In this document: in pieces, positions 28,192-40,737 of the stretch
Layout: each line of letters begins with the position of its first letter
How positions within the stretch are numbered: position 1 is the stretch's first letter
From: Paraphysomonas bandaiensis
Lineage: Eukaryota > Protista > Chrysophyceae
DNA: 64,000 nucleotides
Direction of reading: 5' to 3'
Assembly (NCBI GenBank): GCA_965644295.1
Contig: CBFFRP010000078.1
Coordinates: 124,001 to 188,000 of the forward strand
Translations under genes and position numbers: made by a program
Notes under the pieces: model-generated
The model's input: only the letters and a program-made list of their open reading frames with translations
Told to the model about the DNA's origin: nothing
Database searches by the model: none

Positions 28192-29512
28192 TTATGCGTC
28201 ATTGGCCTCAGAAGCTTCCGTAGCACAGTTCCCAGATCCATGCGGCCCAACAACCATCCAAGAAAGTCCGTATCGGTCTTTGAAGTGCCCAAAGAGACCT
28301 CCCCAAAAAGGTCTTTTCAGCGGCTCCAATACCTCCCCACCTTCGCTCAACCGATCAAAAACCTCCCGCGCCTTGTCCTCCTTGGTGAACAATAGACTGA
28401 CACTTGCGTTTCCACCAAAAGAAATCACGTTTCCTGGGCCTGAATCGCTGGCCATCATGCTACATTTCTTGTTATTCCATTGCAAGAGAGAGTGCATAAT
28501 TTGCTTTTGATTTTCCTTCGGAAGAGATGCTCCCATTTTGGAGCCCTCAAATGTCTACCCACACATTTAACACAAGAACATATAGAAAGAACACTGTACT
28601 ACTCACCTTAAAGTCCAAATCTCCCCCCAAAACCGTGTTATATAGAGATATTGCGTCTCGACAAGCCCCATTATATCGCAGATACGGAGTGATTTCAATG
28701 ACTGGTTTTGTGCATGAACTGTCCAGAGATAGATGAAGCATCCAGACAATGCCAAACTTGTCAACGAACTGAGCGAACTTTCCTCCCCAGAACTGCTCCG
28801 CAAGAGGAAAAATTACAGTTCCCCCAGCCGAGAGCTTTTGAAAGCTGGATGTAATCTCAGTGTCACTAGAAAAATTTACGCTAATGGCGACATTGTCACC
28901 AATCGAAACTTCCTTGCCAGTGCCGCATGAATCCGAAGCCATTAAACGAGCATGGTCAGAGAGAACTAGACTTGAATGCATAACATTATTGTGAGTGTTA
29001 GGGGGTAGTTCTGCTACAATTGGAGACCCTGCGTACTCCTTAAAGGAAATTATTACGATACACCGTATGTACATACAATTATTTACCATAATATCAAGTG
29101 CACCCCCTAAACTCTCTTTATAAAACTCCATTGCCTCCCTGCAATTGCCGTTGAAGAACAAATATGGTGTCGCTTCAGTTATAGAAAATTCAGCCGTTGG
29201 GCGATACGAAAATTTCACATCAGAGACCATCCGTGAGAACTCCACCTTATGGGTGTCAACGAATAGAGCCTCTCCCTCAGGACGCAGTTGCTGTGCTAAT
29301 CCATTGCAATAATTATCATATGTCTTTCTATTTGGAAAGATATATGTTGATGCAACTTGTATACTATCAGTATCATCCAACACACTGATGTCTCCCTGTA
29401 AGGCACCTCCTTTGTCTATAATGGTCTGGATATGCCCTCCTTTAAGCCAGTTCATGTACTCTTCAAGCACACCAGGGACACGAAGCCTTGCAATGACAGT
29501 ATATCGTATCAT
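28192..29512 (-). CDS. DUF4286-like domain fused to two PhnB/VOC (glyoxalase-like) domains; 2 introns
   Basis: N-terminal YTV....EEYMNWLKGGHI...Y..PNRKTYDNYCNGLAQQLRPEG..LF; two copies of (A/I)TPYL.(F/Y)NG.CR.A...Y...LGG.L...(V/I)MHS.L...MASD...FWGG.F...D(K/R)(F/Y)G..WM. Confidence 0.8.
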
Positions 29513-30003
29513 ATCAGGATATATACTATTCAATAGAAGGAGTGTTTCAAGTTTACTTAAAGTATGCCTGCATCACACAGCAATGCATTGATAGAAGAAA
29601 CTGTCATATACATAGATATCCGGATATTTTTACAATATCTAACTAAAAATGCCTCTTTTTGTACTCAACAGGAAATTGTGTGCACATTAAAGCCCGCTGT
29701 TTAAACAATGATTTTTCTAATTATAAAAATTGGGTTTTCTAAAGGAGATATATAAAAATAGCAGGATTTTAGGAAATATATGTGTGTGGATTACAGCAGT
29801 GGTATGGTTTACACTATTATAGAACAGTGGAATGATATCATTATACTAACAGTCCAATTATGATATATCACTGAGAAGAAGAAAGAGAAGAATGTTCGAA
29901 AACGCTCAGGAGGTAGTCTCAAAGCATCTATGCACACTACCTTCCCAAACCACACCAGAGCTCACTCAGTGTCTCAGGGTGGATGTTGCAATATGGAGTG
30001 ATG

Positions 30004-30209
30004 AGGGCGTTTAATCCAAAGCAGATTGCCATAGAAGCAAACTTCCTGCGATTTTAAATAATTGTCAGCAATTGGTATAATCATTACTTAGCAATAGTCA
30101 TCTCATACATATTGCGTATAGGCTCACAGATGAGATGACTATTGCAAGGTAATTCTTTACTAACCGAAGATTATTCATATCGCAGGAAGTGTGAATTGTG
30201 ATTAGCCCT
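30004..30209. repeat. Degenerate foldback (palindromic) element, MITE-like
   Basis: ACTTCCTGCGAT (30041) pairs with ATCGCAGGAAGT (ends 30190); GCAATAGTCATCTCAT (30091) pairs with ATGAGATGACTATTGC (30130); outer AGGGC..TAATC / GATTAGCCCT. Confidence 0.75.
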
Positions 30210-30270
30210 AGCTTTCAATATTATTACCACATCACTCAATATTGCTCAGGACACGGCTGAGATAGGATGC

Positions 30271-30490
30271 CAGGGCTAGGGAACAATATATCGCAATACT
30301 ATTGTTAGAGAGCTTTCCATCAACAGTATATATGGTGTTTTCAAACCAGCCCAACAATCATTAATATATTAGTACCAGTAATCAGTTAGTAAACCCCTCC
30401 GTAGATTCCATTATTCGTAAGCCATTAAGATCACATGGCAATCTAACCCACTACTACATAATAATTTAACTCTCAGTCATCATCGGTGAC
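30271..30490 (+). repeat. Dispersed repeat family 2 copy
   Basis: Homologous to the reverse complement of 12635-12880. Confidence 0.75.
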
Positions 30491-31559
30491 TATAAGAGTA
30501 TTGTGATGCTGCTGACCTGATCAATATTCTTTCCTCTGATTTAAAGGCTTCTGCAATGAGTATTGTATTTATAGATACTTTTAAATTGTATCCTATTTGT
30601 TTGTTGTTGATGAATATACTATTTGATAGGGTTAATACCGAAACATATCATTATATTCTAATTTTAAAAATATATCGTATAAAATGGTACTAGTGGAGAT
30701 ACAAGTTGATATCTTGATATGGAGTATACTCAAAGTGGAGGTACGGTTGATACGGTGCAGTGGATATTACTCAGAGGAGTTGGCGTTTTCCAAAGCCAGG
30801 AATAGTAGTTATAAACATGTAGGGATCGATCTAGTTTGAGCTTACTTGGCACAACACAAAGATATAGTGAATGCCTGATTATTAGCAATAAGCATCTAAG
30901 AGTCAGAACAATTTAACTAACTAGTACTATAGTCTGATATCCTACTATGTATGCTGCGAAAGCTGCTTGTGCGACACCGCAAGCAGTAATGTGCAACCAC
31001 TTTTGCTTTCTGCCCTTAAGGTGAACTGCCTGGATGCTTGGCTTCGGAAGACAGCCCAATACTCCGGATGCCCTTGAGGTTGGCCCATTCCCTGAAGCCT
31101 GTTATTCGTACAGGCCCAAAAACGTACACAAGTGACACTTATTCGTGCCTCCTGTACCACATAAGCATTTGGCTACTATGAGGCAGAACAATATATGCGG
31201 CTCACGTTAGATTCCTCCGCCGTTACTTATCCCCCCGAACCCAGAACACCACGATAAGGTACGAATTCGACTTTGTTTAGGACAAACAAAGAATATGCCT
31301 GAATTGCTTAGTATAATCAACACTACCACTACACTACAGAAATGATAAGCTTCATTTCTCGTGTTGTTACAGATGCAGATAGATCATATACTATGATTTA
31401 TAAATAACTTTCAAGACAAAGTGCGTAGATTACAACTGCATTATAACTCAACTCTCTTGTCCAACAAGATATAAGCTATAATATAAATATGTATATTATG
31501 TTATTATACAGAGCACGAATATCTTAAATCGGGTTAAATCAATTCTGAAACACAACTTA

Positions 31560-33346
31560 TCAATCCCACTGACATCCACCACCAAGCCCTATTCCCTGCT
31601 CCTTTGATTCACCTAAGTCTGGAGGACCAGATAGTACGGAGAGCAAGTCTTTGTTTGCCGACATCATCCCCCCTCGCTCCTTATCTTCAACCTTCTTATT
31701 TTTCTTCTTCGACTTTTTCTGTACTATCTTAACCCCTATCACACCACTTGCAGCCGTCGCTGTGGGTGGCACAGAAGCTATTGTAGATTTCCCTTCCGCA
31801 GTATTGCTCGGTGCGCTGAGATCATTGTCAGATTGGTTCGTAGACAATGACACTGGCGCAGTATGAGATGCGCTTCCACTTTGTAGACCATCTCTGGAAT
31901 CAGTAGGTATATGCTTTGACTTCAGTTTCTTCTTTTTCTTAGGGCGTACTTCGTTGTCTCCCTGCATCTCGCTATTTGCACTGGCTCTTTCGCTATTCAC
32001 ACTTTCATGATTACTAACATTGGGTGCAACAGCTTCGTCATCAATTGAACCTGATACACTTTTCCTCTTCATGCTTCTAACCTTCCCAACGGTTTCTGCT
32101 GGAACTTCTACATTCTTTACAGGGAAATGATGAGACCATTTCATCTTTACTCGTTTCATGTCCAGTACAATGAGTCGAACTTTGGGCTTCTCCTGAGTGC
32201 CCACGTAGGTCTGGAACATGGACAACACATGGTGTCGATACCTGCAACCATAAGTCACGCGTACAATCGAAAGGCGTACCAAGAATATCTTGGGCGATTG
32301 CATGAATATGAGCGTGCATAATACATGCTTAGTACATTACGTAAGTCAAAATCGCATCGTGTACCTCTTTTCCTCCTCGCTGGAAACGCGATCAGCGGAG
32401 GTATCTTCTCTCAGCTGGGTGTTATCATATGTAGAAGGTGGTGATGGTAGAGGGTTGCCTGCGTAAGACGTCATTTATATAGATATGAAAATAAAATGGT
32501 TATAACATTTAGGACGTAAAATAATGTGTTGAGAATAGAGTAGATCTCGCTCAAGAAGAGCATCTCACCTTTCAGGCTCAAGTTAGTAAGGTACTGTAGA
32601 CTGGTGAGCACGTCCACACTACTCCAAGAATCAATTTGATTGTATGACACATCCAATATCTTAAGCTTTTTAGCCACTTTAATCGAATCGGGAATAACTG
32701 TGAGACGATTGTTGTTAATACGCAACTCCACAAGATTTGGACAGATAGTGAGATCTGGGAGTGCAGATAGGTCATTACCACCAAGGCTCAGTTTAGTGAG
32801 ATGCGAGAGTGAAATATCAGGGCTTGTAGGAAAGACTGAAAGTGAATTCTTCGACAAAATAAGGGTATTAAGCAGAGGACAAAACTTCAAAAATGATACC
32901 CTAGAGAAACCGCATTCATTGGCAACAAGGGCCTGAAGTTTAGACAATGGCTTCACAATGTGTGATTCAATATGTCTCAATTTCGGGTTGGAGCCAATAT
33001 TGAGTGTTCGAATTTCAGTTAGATATCTTAATTCTTCACAGCTCGCACCACCATCAAGATTATTAGATGATACATTTAACATGCTAAGATGAGGTATATC
33101 AGACATTCCTCCTAATCGTTTAATCATATTATGACTCAAATCTAATCGTCTCAAACTATCAAATCCTGAAAAATCTTCAATTTTTTGAACCCCTCGTTCT
33201 TTAAGTGATATAGCAGTAATATCATTCATATTATTTTTTATTAAACGTTGTAATTTTGCACCACTTATTTTAGATATTGCTGGTAAACTATCATCCAACC
33301 ATTGTGGTTGAATTTCTTTACCAAGACGATTATTATTTGTACTCAT
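31560..33346 (-). CDS. SDS22-like leucine-rich repeat protein with Lys-rich tail; 3 exons
   Basis: LRRLDLSHNMI, LSMLNVSSNNL, LTKLSLGGNDL, LVELRINNNRL, LTNLSLKG|NP; basic KKKKK tracts; C-terminal GIGLGGGCQWD. Confidence 0.85.
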
Positions 33347-33853
33347 AATGTATTAATATAATAGTCTATGAGGAATATAATTACTGTTGATAATGACTGA
33401 CTATGTTCCAGCTTTAATGTTGTATATATGGACACAGCCATTATTCCATCAATGCCCATATACAGTACAGACCATTCATATCAAACCCACACTGCAGTAT
33501 ATAGTATATGTACAGTACAGTATACCGTATATGATTATGTATATAGAATACTATAGTGGGGGTTTCTAGATTTCTCGTCTAATGATATACGGTGCCCTGT
33601 ACTTCGTACTACTCTCTACAGCAGTATATACCCATATGTACTGGTGTACGTCGTACAGTACATACACACACCGTCCCGGATACATACCAACCAAAGCACA
33701 CAACACGCACTGCATATGTACATATACATATATATACTATGGGATGGTATGGTAGTACAACCACACGCACAGCCAATCTTGATATCACTTATATCCAACA
33801 CAGTCATAACATCACAACAAAACAATACACTCCTCATCATAATTATATTAAAT

Positions 33854-34669
33854 ATGGCGGCACTAATCTACGCCTTAAACATGGACTTATCTTTTCTTAG
33901 TCCTCTCTTCTATTTTCTATTAGGGGTTATATTAACCCTCTATGTGTTGATGATATTTCGAACTAATCGTAAAAAGAAAATTCAAGAATATGAAAGTAAA
34001 TCAGTTATAAAATTTTATTTAAATATGTTTATTCAAAATAAAGAAGAAGCTTTAAATTTTGCATTTAAATCAAAAATGTCGAATAAGTTTATTGGAAGTC
34101 TTGCTGGATCAATTGCAAATAATCTAATGACCGATGAGAAGTTTACTAATATGATGGGATCGAGGATGGCAGCAATGATTCCTGAAAGAATGGCTGATTT
34201 GGGATTGAAAAGTGATGTCTTTGTTGCGTATGCATATGGCAGTTACTTGTGTTTATCGGTTGACGTTCAATCCGCGGATGCACGACGTATTATCGAGAAA
34301 AAAGCAGGTAAAGAGAAACTTCAAGAATACGAAAATTTTCTTGGTATTTTTGGAATGCCTCAATTGAATAGCTCTATCGACGATACTGTGGCCTCTATTA
34401 TTGGACAGAAGTTACAGGTTTCTCTACCTATTGCTATGCGAGAGAAAATGAAGGACAGAATGGGTACGTTGTGTATGTGTACATTTCGCTGCGGCATTGC
34501 ATTACAGGACTACGCGTTTAATGCTTTCCAATATTCATTGTTTACGTTGCGTAATTTATTATGAACAGGTCTGGACATGCGAATTATTGCATGCTCTGAA
34601 GGAGAACAGGCGGCTTTTCTTATAGGAACTCTCAAGGAGCTGAAAGAAAAGAAACAGGAGGCTGCATAA
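33854..34669 (+). CDS. Hypothetical protein with N-terminal membrane anchor (2 exons)
   Basis: Long ORF with TM LFYFLLGVILTLYVLMIF; intron ~34464-34568 gives a terminal exon GLDMRIIACSEGEQAAFLIGTLKELKEKKQEAA*. Confidence 0.6.
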
Positions 34670-35593
34670 TGTAGATATTGCGCGTGCCAGATATTCATGA
34701 CACGTACTATGTTGGCTGTCTTAATAATGAAACAAGAAGGACTTCTGCGTGTACCATATAATAGAGACTAACTAATATGGGAATGTTTCATCGAAGACTG
34801 CCGTGATACATGAAATAGTATAGTCGAAGAAGCAATGCCAGTAAATATTAATTGTAATATATTATAATCTAACGGGCACTTGTAAGGGGAATGCAATGTA
34901 TACAACAGAGTTGTACAGTTAGCCTCATAAGGGATCGTTTTTTCTGTGGGACTCGTTGTGTTTGCTAACTCACTAAATATTGTATGAAGTATCATCCATC
35001 GTAGCTCCTTCTTAGGTTTCTACCCATGCTCTCCATGGCTTTTAGATTGCTAATGTCCTAAATTCTTCACAATGTAACGTTAATACATATACGTTTTACA
35101 GTTTATACTATATACGCTTCATATCAGAAATAAAATGAAAGTACACAGAAGGAAACTAAAGTAGTTACATTATTTTAGTTTAAAGTCACATATAATATAC
35201 AATATATACTGCCTCCAACAACCCGTAAACCTCATATAATATTTCGATTTATTAAATCATCATGACTATTTGAATAAGTCTCCAAATAATGACTATTCTC
35301 ATCTCCGTCCGACACTGCTTATTTTGCACAGTCCTCGCGGACGTAAGAGAAGAACACTATCTGCAAGAGCATTATTGCAGGCAGTATATATTTATATATG
35401 TATATATTTGGAGAGCATAGTGTACTCTATTTTGGACTTTACAAATAACGCTGTTATTATCATTTACATCTAAAATTGCGAATACTGATAAACACCATCG
35501 CTACAGCAGTAAGATTATACACAGTATATGTAATAAAGCACAGAGCCGGTTGTCACAATTAGGTATACAAATACGATTTTGATAGGCCCGTTT

Positions 35594-36040
35594 CTACTCT
35601 CTCAATGGCCCACGAATTCTCCTCGCTAGTTGTATATCTTTTGGCATAACAGTGACTCGTTTAGCATGGATGGTGCACAAATTCGCGTCCTCGAATAAGC
35701 CTACAAGATGTGATTCTGCTGCTTCTTGTAATGCAATCAATGCATCCGCCTGCCATCTGTAAATCTATTAAAAAATCCAATATAAAGTACAGTATACAAA
35801 CCTATATTCCTTTCTTGAAAAATATGTTTGAATTTCTCTAACTAGCCTTGCAAAAGGCAATTTCCTAATTAATAGATCTGTGTTTCTCTGATAAAATCTT
35901 ATTTCTCTTAAAGCCTTTTGACCCGGCCTAAATCTCCTTCGTTGTTCACTTGCTACTGAACGATGTGCTGCAGCAGGAGACTTACGAGGGGTGGAGCTCT
36001 TTCTTCCTCCGATCATTCTATCGGCTTTACTTCTTGCCAT
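35594..36040 (-). CDS. CENH3: Centromeric histone H3 variant (CENH3/CENP-A); 2 exons
   Basis: Histone H3 fold with a divergent tail and CenH3-type changes: LPFARL (Q68 absent), loop 1 one residue longer ([12 protein letters not shown]), WQ in place of FQ, FEDANL (T107 absent); ends [10 protein letters not shown]. Confidence 0.88.
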
Positions 36041-36635
36041 AACGCTTTACACTAACTGTGTAAGTTACTGAAACGCTAATGATTCAAGATAATATATCTA
36101 AATAACTTAAGAGATCATTCAACTACGTATGCAAACGAGACCATTACATCCAATTGTTATATATGTATGTAGTTCCTTGAAACTTATTATGGACTGGTGC
36201 TGTGAATGGAGATGCACTGCACTGTATTGGCGATAAGTTGTGTGTTTAGCGACAGACTAAACTACAGAGATCAGAGCAGGGACAGTCGGAATATCTTTTA
36301 TAGCCACATTTCAGTTTTTGTTAAGGGTTGACAATGCTGTTTTTCCCGATTTACTGGTTTTCTCAAAATATTAATCATTATTTCTCTAACAATAGCATGA
36401 AAAATCAATTTCTTGATTTATAGTATATAAAATCACTATTTTTATACCTAATGTCCAAAACCTGTCCTACACACAACTCCATACTGCAGGCTCTTATGTT
36501 GATATCTACACACAACACGCATCTACACTGCCGATCCTCAATCAATATACTACTATAGCTATTACTAGTATGTATGGATCATATCTAATTAACACAGTAG
36601 AATATTATCCCACTTATTGCATTAATATATTAATA

Positions 36636-37515
36636 ATGTCACAAAATAATACTTTCATATTTTCTGCAGATAATTTTATAGATCCTAAACTTCCATCTGG
36701 TTTAGATATACATGATTTGGATCTAGTAACCGCCTCAGATGAGACTTTACAGGGCTATGGATATTTAGTACATAATCCAAATGATTTTACAACTGATAAT
36801 GGTAGATTTGAAATAGTTAAATGGCCACAATTAGGATGGCGCCCGTTAGATCCTAATACTGGTGATGAGGTATGTATTACTATGATATGAATCATATGAT
36901 GTATTGAATATATATATGCACTGTATTATTAGGCTGGAACAACTGAAGGTAACTTTGAGGTGCACTGGAAAGGAGATTTTTATTTTGGAAAAAATTTAGC
37001 TGTGGCAACTTCAAGTAATACATATTTGGATGGTATAGCTGCTCTACCTGAAGTGGCATCCATGGATGACTCTAGTTGTAGAGGCGAGGCAAATACTATA
37101 TATCTCTGGATGAGTGATTATCATCCAGGTTCGGCATGAATACATACCTGTTTCTACTCCAAGTAATTCGCGTTGTGCAGATGGAGGGCAGCTATTTTGG
37201 CCTTCTACCCCAGTTCCGTTTGCGGTAGCTTTGGGACTTTCTACTTATGGAGATGACATAGCACCCCAACATATGAGAGCCTTTGCCGTGCCCGCAGGCT
37301 GTGGTGTATACATACATCCAGGAACTTGGCACAATGGTGTTTATGTTGCTAAGGAATACTGCCCGATGACGTTTTTTACGCGTCAAGGCAAAGTCCATGC
37401 CCGTATATCTGCAAGTTGGGCTGCAGAATTTAAAGTATTGCTCAGGGTTCGGCTTCCTACTTCGTCACCAGTTACCTTTCACCATGGTGAATCACATCAT
37501 GACAGTGAGCACTAA
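36636..37515 (+). CDS. Ureidoglycolate lyase/hydrolase-like cupin protein; 3 exons
   Basis: ASDETLQGYGYLV, EIVKWP..GWRPLDP.TGDE|AGTTEG.F, DYHP|DGGQLFWP, GDDIAP, GVYIHPGTWH, RQGKVHARIS. Confidence 0.7.
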
Positions 37516-38643
37516 AAGAGCATATTCGGAGACTCGTTACACTACTACTGTTGTTGAATCAATCAGAATTAAAATTAGTGCACTTGTATTATCTTACACT
37601 ACTTTTTTGTCTCTTTTTATGTATTTAAGAACAAAATACTCTGTATATACACAACGCATTTTAAAATATACGTACTCGTCATTGCACTTTGGAGAATATT
37701 GAATATTCTGGCAGCAGATATGTCCTTACTTAAGTTTACCTCAAATAGATAGACTAAAACACACAAATATGTGGATGTTATAGTTCAGTCTCCATTCATA
37801 CGAATACACGAAAACTGTATACAGATATGGGGATCTATTATAGTAACTAGTCAATTTGATTTAACTTTCTAGTCTAATAGAGTAGTTACTAGTTAAGGGT
37901 TTGAACTCTAGTCATCGCTACAACCTCAGCAGGCTTTTATATATTTAAGAATATTAAGAAATGCTCATTTTAAGCTAGATCACAGAGAGAATTTGTCGTA
38001 AGACTAGATAGATTTATTAATATCGTTTACACGAAGTTGTGATAACCAACACTAACTCATTATAATCCCTGCATAATATCCTACATATGCGAACCTCTCG
38101 TTACTGAACATATCTTGAACGATCAAACTATTTCTGTTTCTCAATATCATCACAGCATTTGTACATCACTATATTTCACTGTATTCTCGTACATTGTCTT
38201 GAAGTGACATACTGAATATACTAGAATAAGATCCATATTCTAATAAAGAAATTACAATTGGACATTACGATACGAAGAGAATTTTCAATATGTTACATAA
38301 GTAAAATTATAATTAGTATCATGTATATTCATATTCATTGTCATTCACTAAATTCTAAATTCATATTGTTCTTACTTTTAAGCTATCTCATAACCTATCA
38401 TAATTATAATCAGGCTTGCGTAACAATTAATTGGTGACAAATGTCCAACAATAATATTGCAATTATTAATCGAGCATCCAATTATTGCCAATTAATTGTC
38501 TTTAATTCTATTGCTAGATTTTAGAATAACCTTCTGAACTATAATCTCATCCCAAAGATGCCGATTTGCACGCAGAAAAATCAACATTTCAAGGTGTCTA
38601 GGTATCATTCGCTTGCGAAAATCAGTCATAACAATCTTAGCTC

Positions 38644-38791
38644 TGCGATATCTAGCACTCAAACGCTGCATTTTACATTTGAAGGTTTTGAGATAGTATT
38701 GCTTAATGTTTAATGGATAGTGAATAGTACAAAAATCTGAGACATAATTATGATTAATGTAAAATGCGGCGTTTGAGTGCTAGATATCGCA
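38644..38791. repeat. 148-bp inverted-repeat element (36-bp arms, 1 mismatch), MITE-like
   Basis: TGCGATATCTAGCACTCAAACGCTGCATTTTACATT (38644-38679) versus AATGTAAAATGCGGCGTTTGAGTGCTAGATATCGCA (38756-38791). Confidence 0.85.
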
Positions 38792-39097
38792 ATGCTCTAC
38801 TGTCCAGGACTTGACACAGCTCGACTGAACCTGCTACGTTTTAGGCAACGCAACGTAAGAATATTAAAAACTACTATACCACAAAAAGTACAACAGAATC
38901 CATGAAGTAATGTTTAGTTCGACAAGTTTAACTACAGATATAGCACACTAATCAAAACTTCCCATTACTTGAAAACTAGCACACACCAAAAAAAAACTCG
39001 ATGGTAACTGCGCAACAACTGTTACCACCTTCCAACCATGCAACTACATAAAAGGAGTAACTCGCAGCAGTTTAAGCTGAGCGACTGAGGGGGCAAA

Positions 39098-40133
39098 CTA
39101 TACTTCAGTATTTTCGGAAGTTTCCACAGCAACTCCATCCGTATCCCCTTCCAATTTACCATCAACTGCCTCAGAAACCTTCCGCTTATTTGACTTCATC
39201 GCATATGTTTCATCGGAGCTCATCTTTTTAAGGTACCCTTCGGCATACAGTTGACTGACCTTACATTGCACCCCGAGGTAGTTCACAATGTTCCCCTCGG
39301 CATCCCGTAAAGCACCTATAAAGACTTGGTTCCAAAAAGGTGTACCATCAGCACGATAATTGAGGAGCACAGTACTGGTGTCTTCTCCACTTAGGATACC
39401 TGCGCGAAGGATATCTACACCCCTCTTATCTGTCTGAGGGCCCTGCATGAAGCGGCAATTCCTCCCCAAAACCTCATCAAGGGAATATCCCGTCAAGGCA
39501 AGAAATCCATGACTCGCGTAAACCACAGGATTATCGTCTAACTTCGGGTCAGTGATTACAAAATTCTGCTGAGCTGTCTGAAGCGCTTTCACGAGGGAGT
39601 AGTCCGGTGCAACCTGTTTGTTTATTGCGTCACCATTACCATCAACAGCGCCTCCACCAGGGGCATTTACAGAGTCACCACTTGATTGAAATGGCAGAAA
39701 CTCTGCCCCTAAATGAGTTCGAATGGCCTCTTTCAGTTTCTCGTTTTCGTCCTGTAATAACGATACACTCTTTTGAAGTGATTCCTGAACAAATTTTTTG
39801 CGTATTCTCGACCTTTTCGCGTGCTCCCTATTCCGTTCTCTATTACAAGAAAATAAAAATGAATATAAATAATATTAATTCTATTTTAATATCTATATAC
39901 CTTCTCTCCATTTTATCAGAATCAGTCGAATTACTTGTACTAGTTGGTTTTGTTTCTTTTGTTTTCATCTCACCATTTGATTCGCACTCAATACTGCCAT
40001 ATGATTGAAATGTATCAATATCTTGTAAATCAGATTGCATAAGATCATTAAATAAATCATCCAGAGTAAATTCTTTATCTTTATCATCATATGATACTCC
40101 AAATACAGGAGCAGATGTATAACCACTCTGCAT
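39098..40133 (-). CDS. AUREO1: Aureochrome (bZIP-LOV blue-light receptor transcription factor); 2 exons
   Basis: Spliced bZIP ERR|ERNREHAKRSRIRKKFVQESLQKSV..LQDENEKLK followed by LOV DYSLVKALQTAQQNFVITDP...GRNCRFMQGP with the photoactive Cys intact. Confidence 0.95.
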
Positions 40134-40548
40134 AATTGATAATATAATCTGATTAAATTATATATATGTATATATTAATGAACAATTGACTGGAAAGACA
40201 CTGGGACAACAAGTACAATGCGCAGACACAATAATGTGTTAATGGCACGACTAGTAGACCAGTACAATCCTTTTAAAAAACAATGAATTTATCTTAATTA
40301 ATTATCGTACGTCCATTACTTTCATCAGTCGTATAATGAGTGTGTGTATATCAATCAATATGCTGATCCTGCCTATTGTACCTATCGTACCCTTGTCTAC
40401 TAAAAAACAGGCAAATTTCTAGAATGGATGACATGTCGTGGTGAAGGGAAGAAATATACTTTCTGTATATTTTTTTTGAATTTTCTGCAGCTACATGTTC
40501 TTAAAATCCATAGTTTTAATAGTGAAACTCAAGAAAAATTTATTACTA

Positions 40549-40737
40549 CTGTACGTTTCTGTCAACTTTTATCCACGCACTCGTTTTTCCACAAAAACAC
40601 TCTCTCCACACCCATTCCGACGACTCTCCAATTCTGACACGAGCATTCCACAAGCATTCCATTCTACCCCTGGTGGACTCAAATTATACCCACAACTCCA
40701 TTACACTGTACAATATGTAACAATATGGCTGCAGCTC
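40549..40737 (+). repeat. 189-bp terminal inverted repeat (4 copies: 40549-40737, 43732-43920, 44018-44206, 47200-47388)
   Basis: Identical from CTGTACGTTTC through ATGGCTGCAGCTC in all four copies, as read by eye. Confidence 0.95.

Noticed and set aside
17113-36040. HIRA and CENH3 as a functional chromatin gene cluster
   Set aside because: 15 kb apart with unrelated genes between them; no evidence beyond coincidence.
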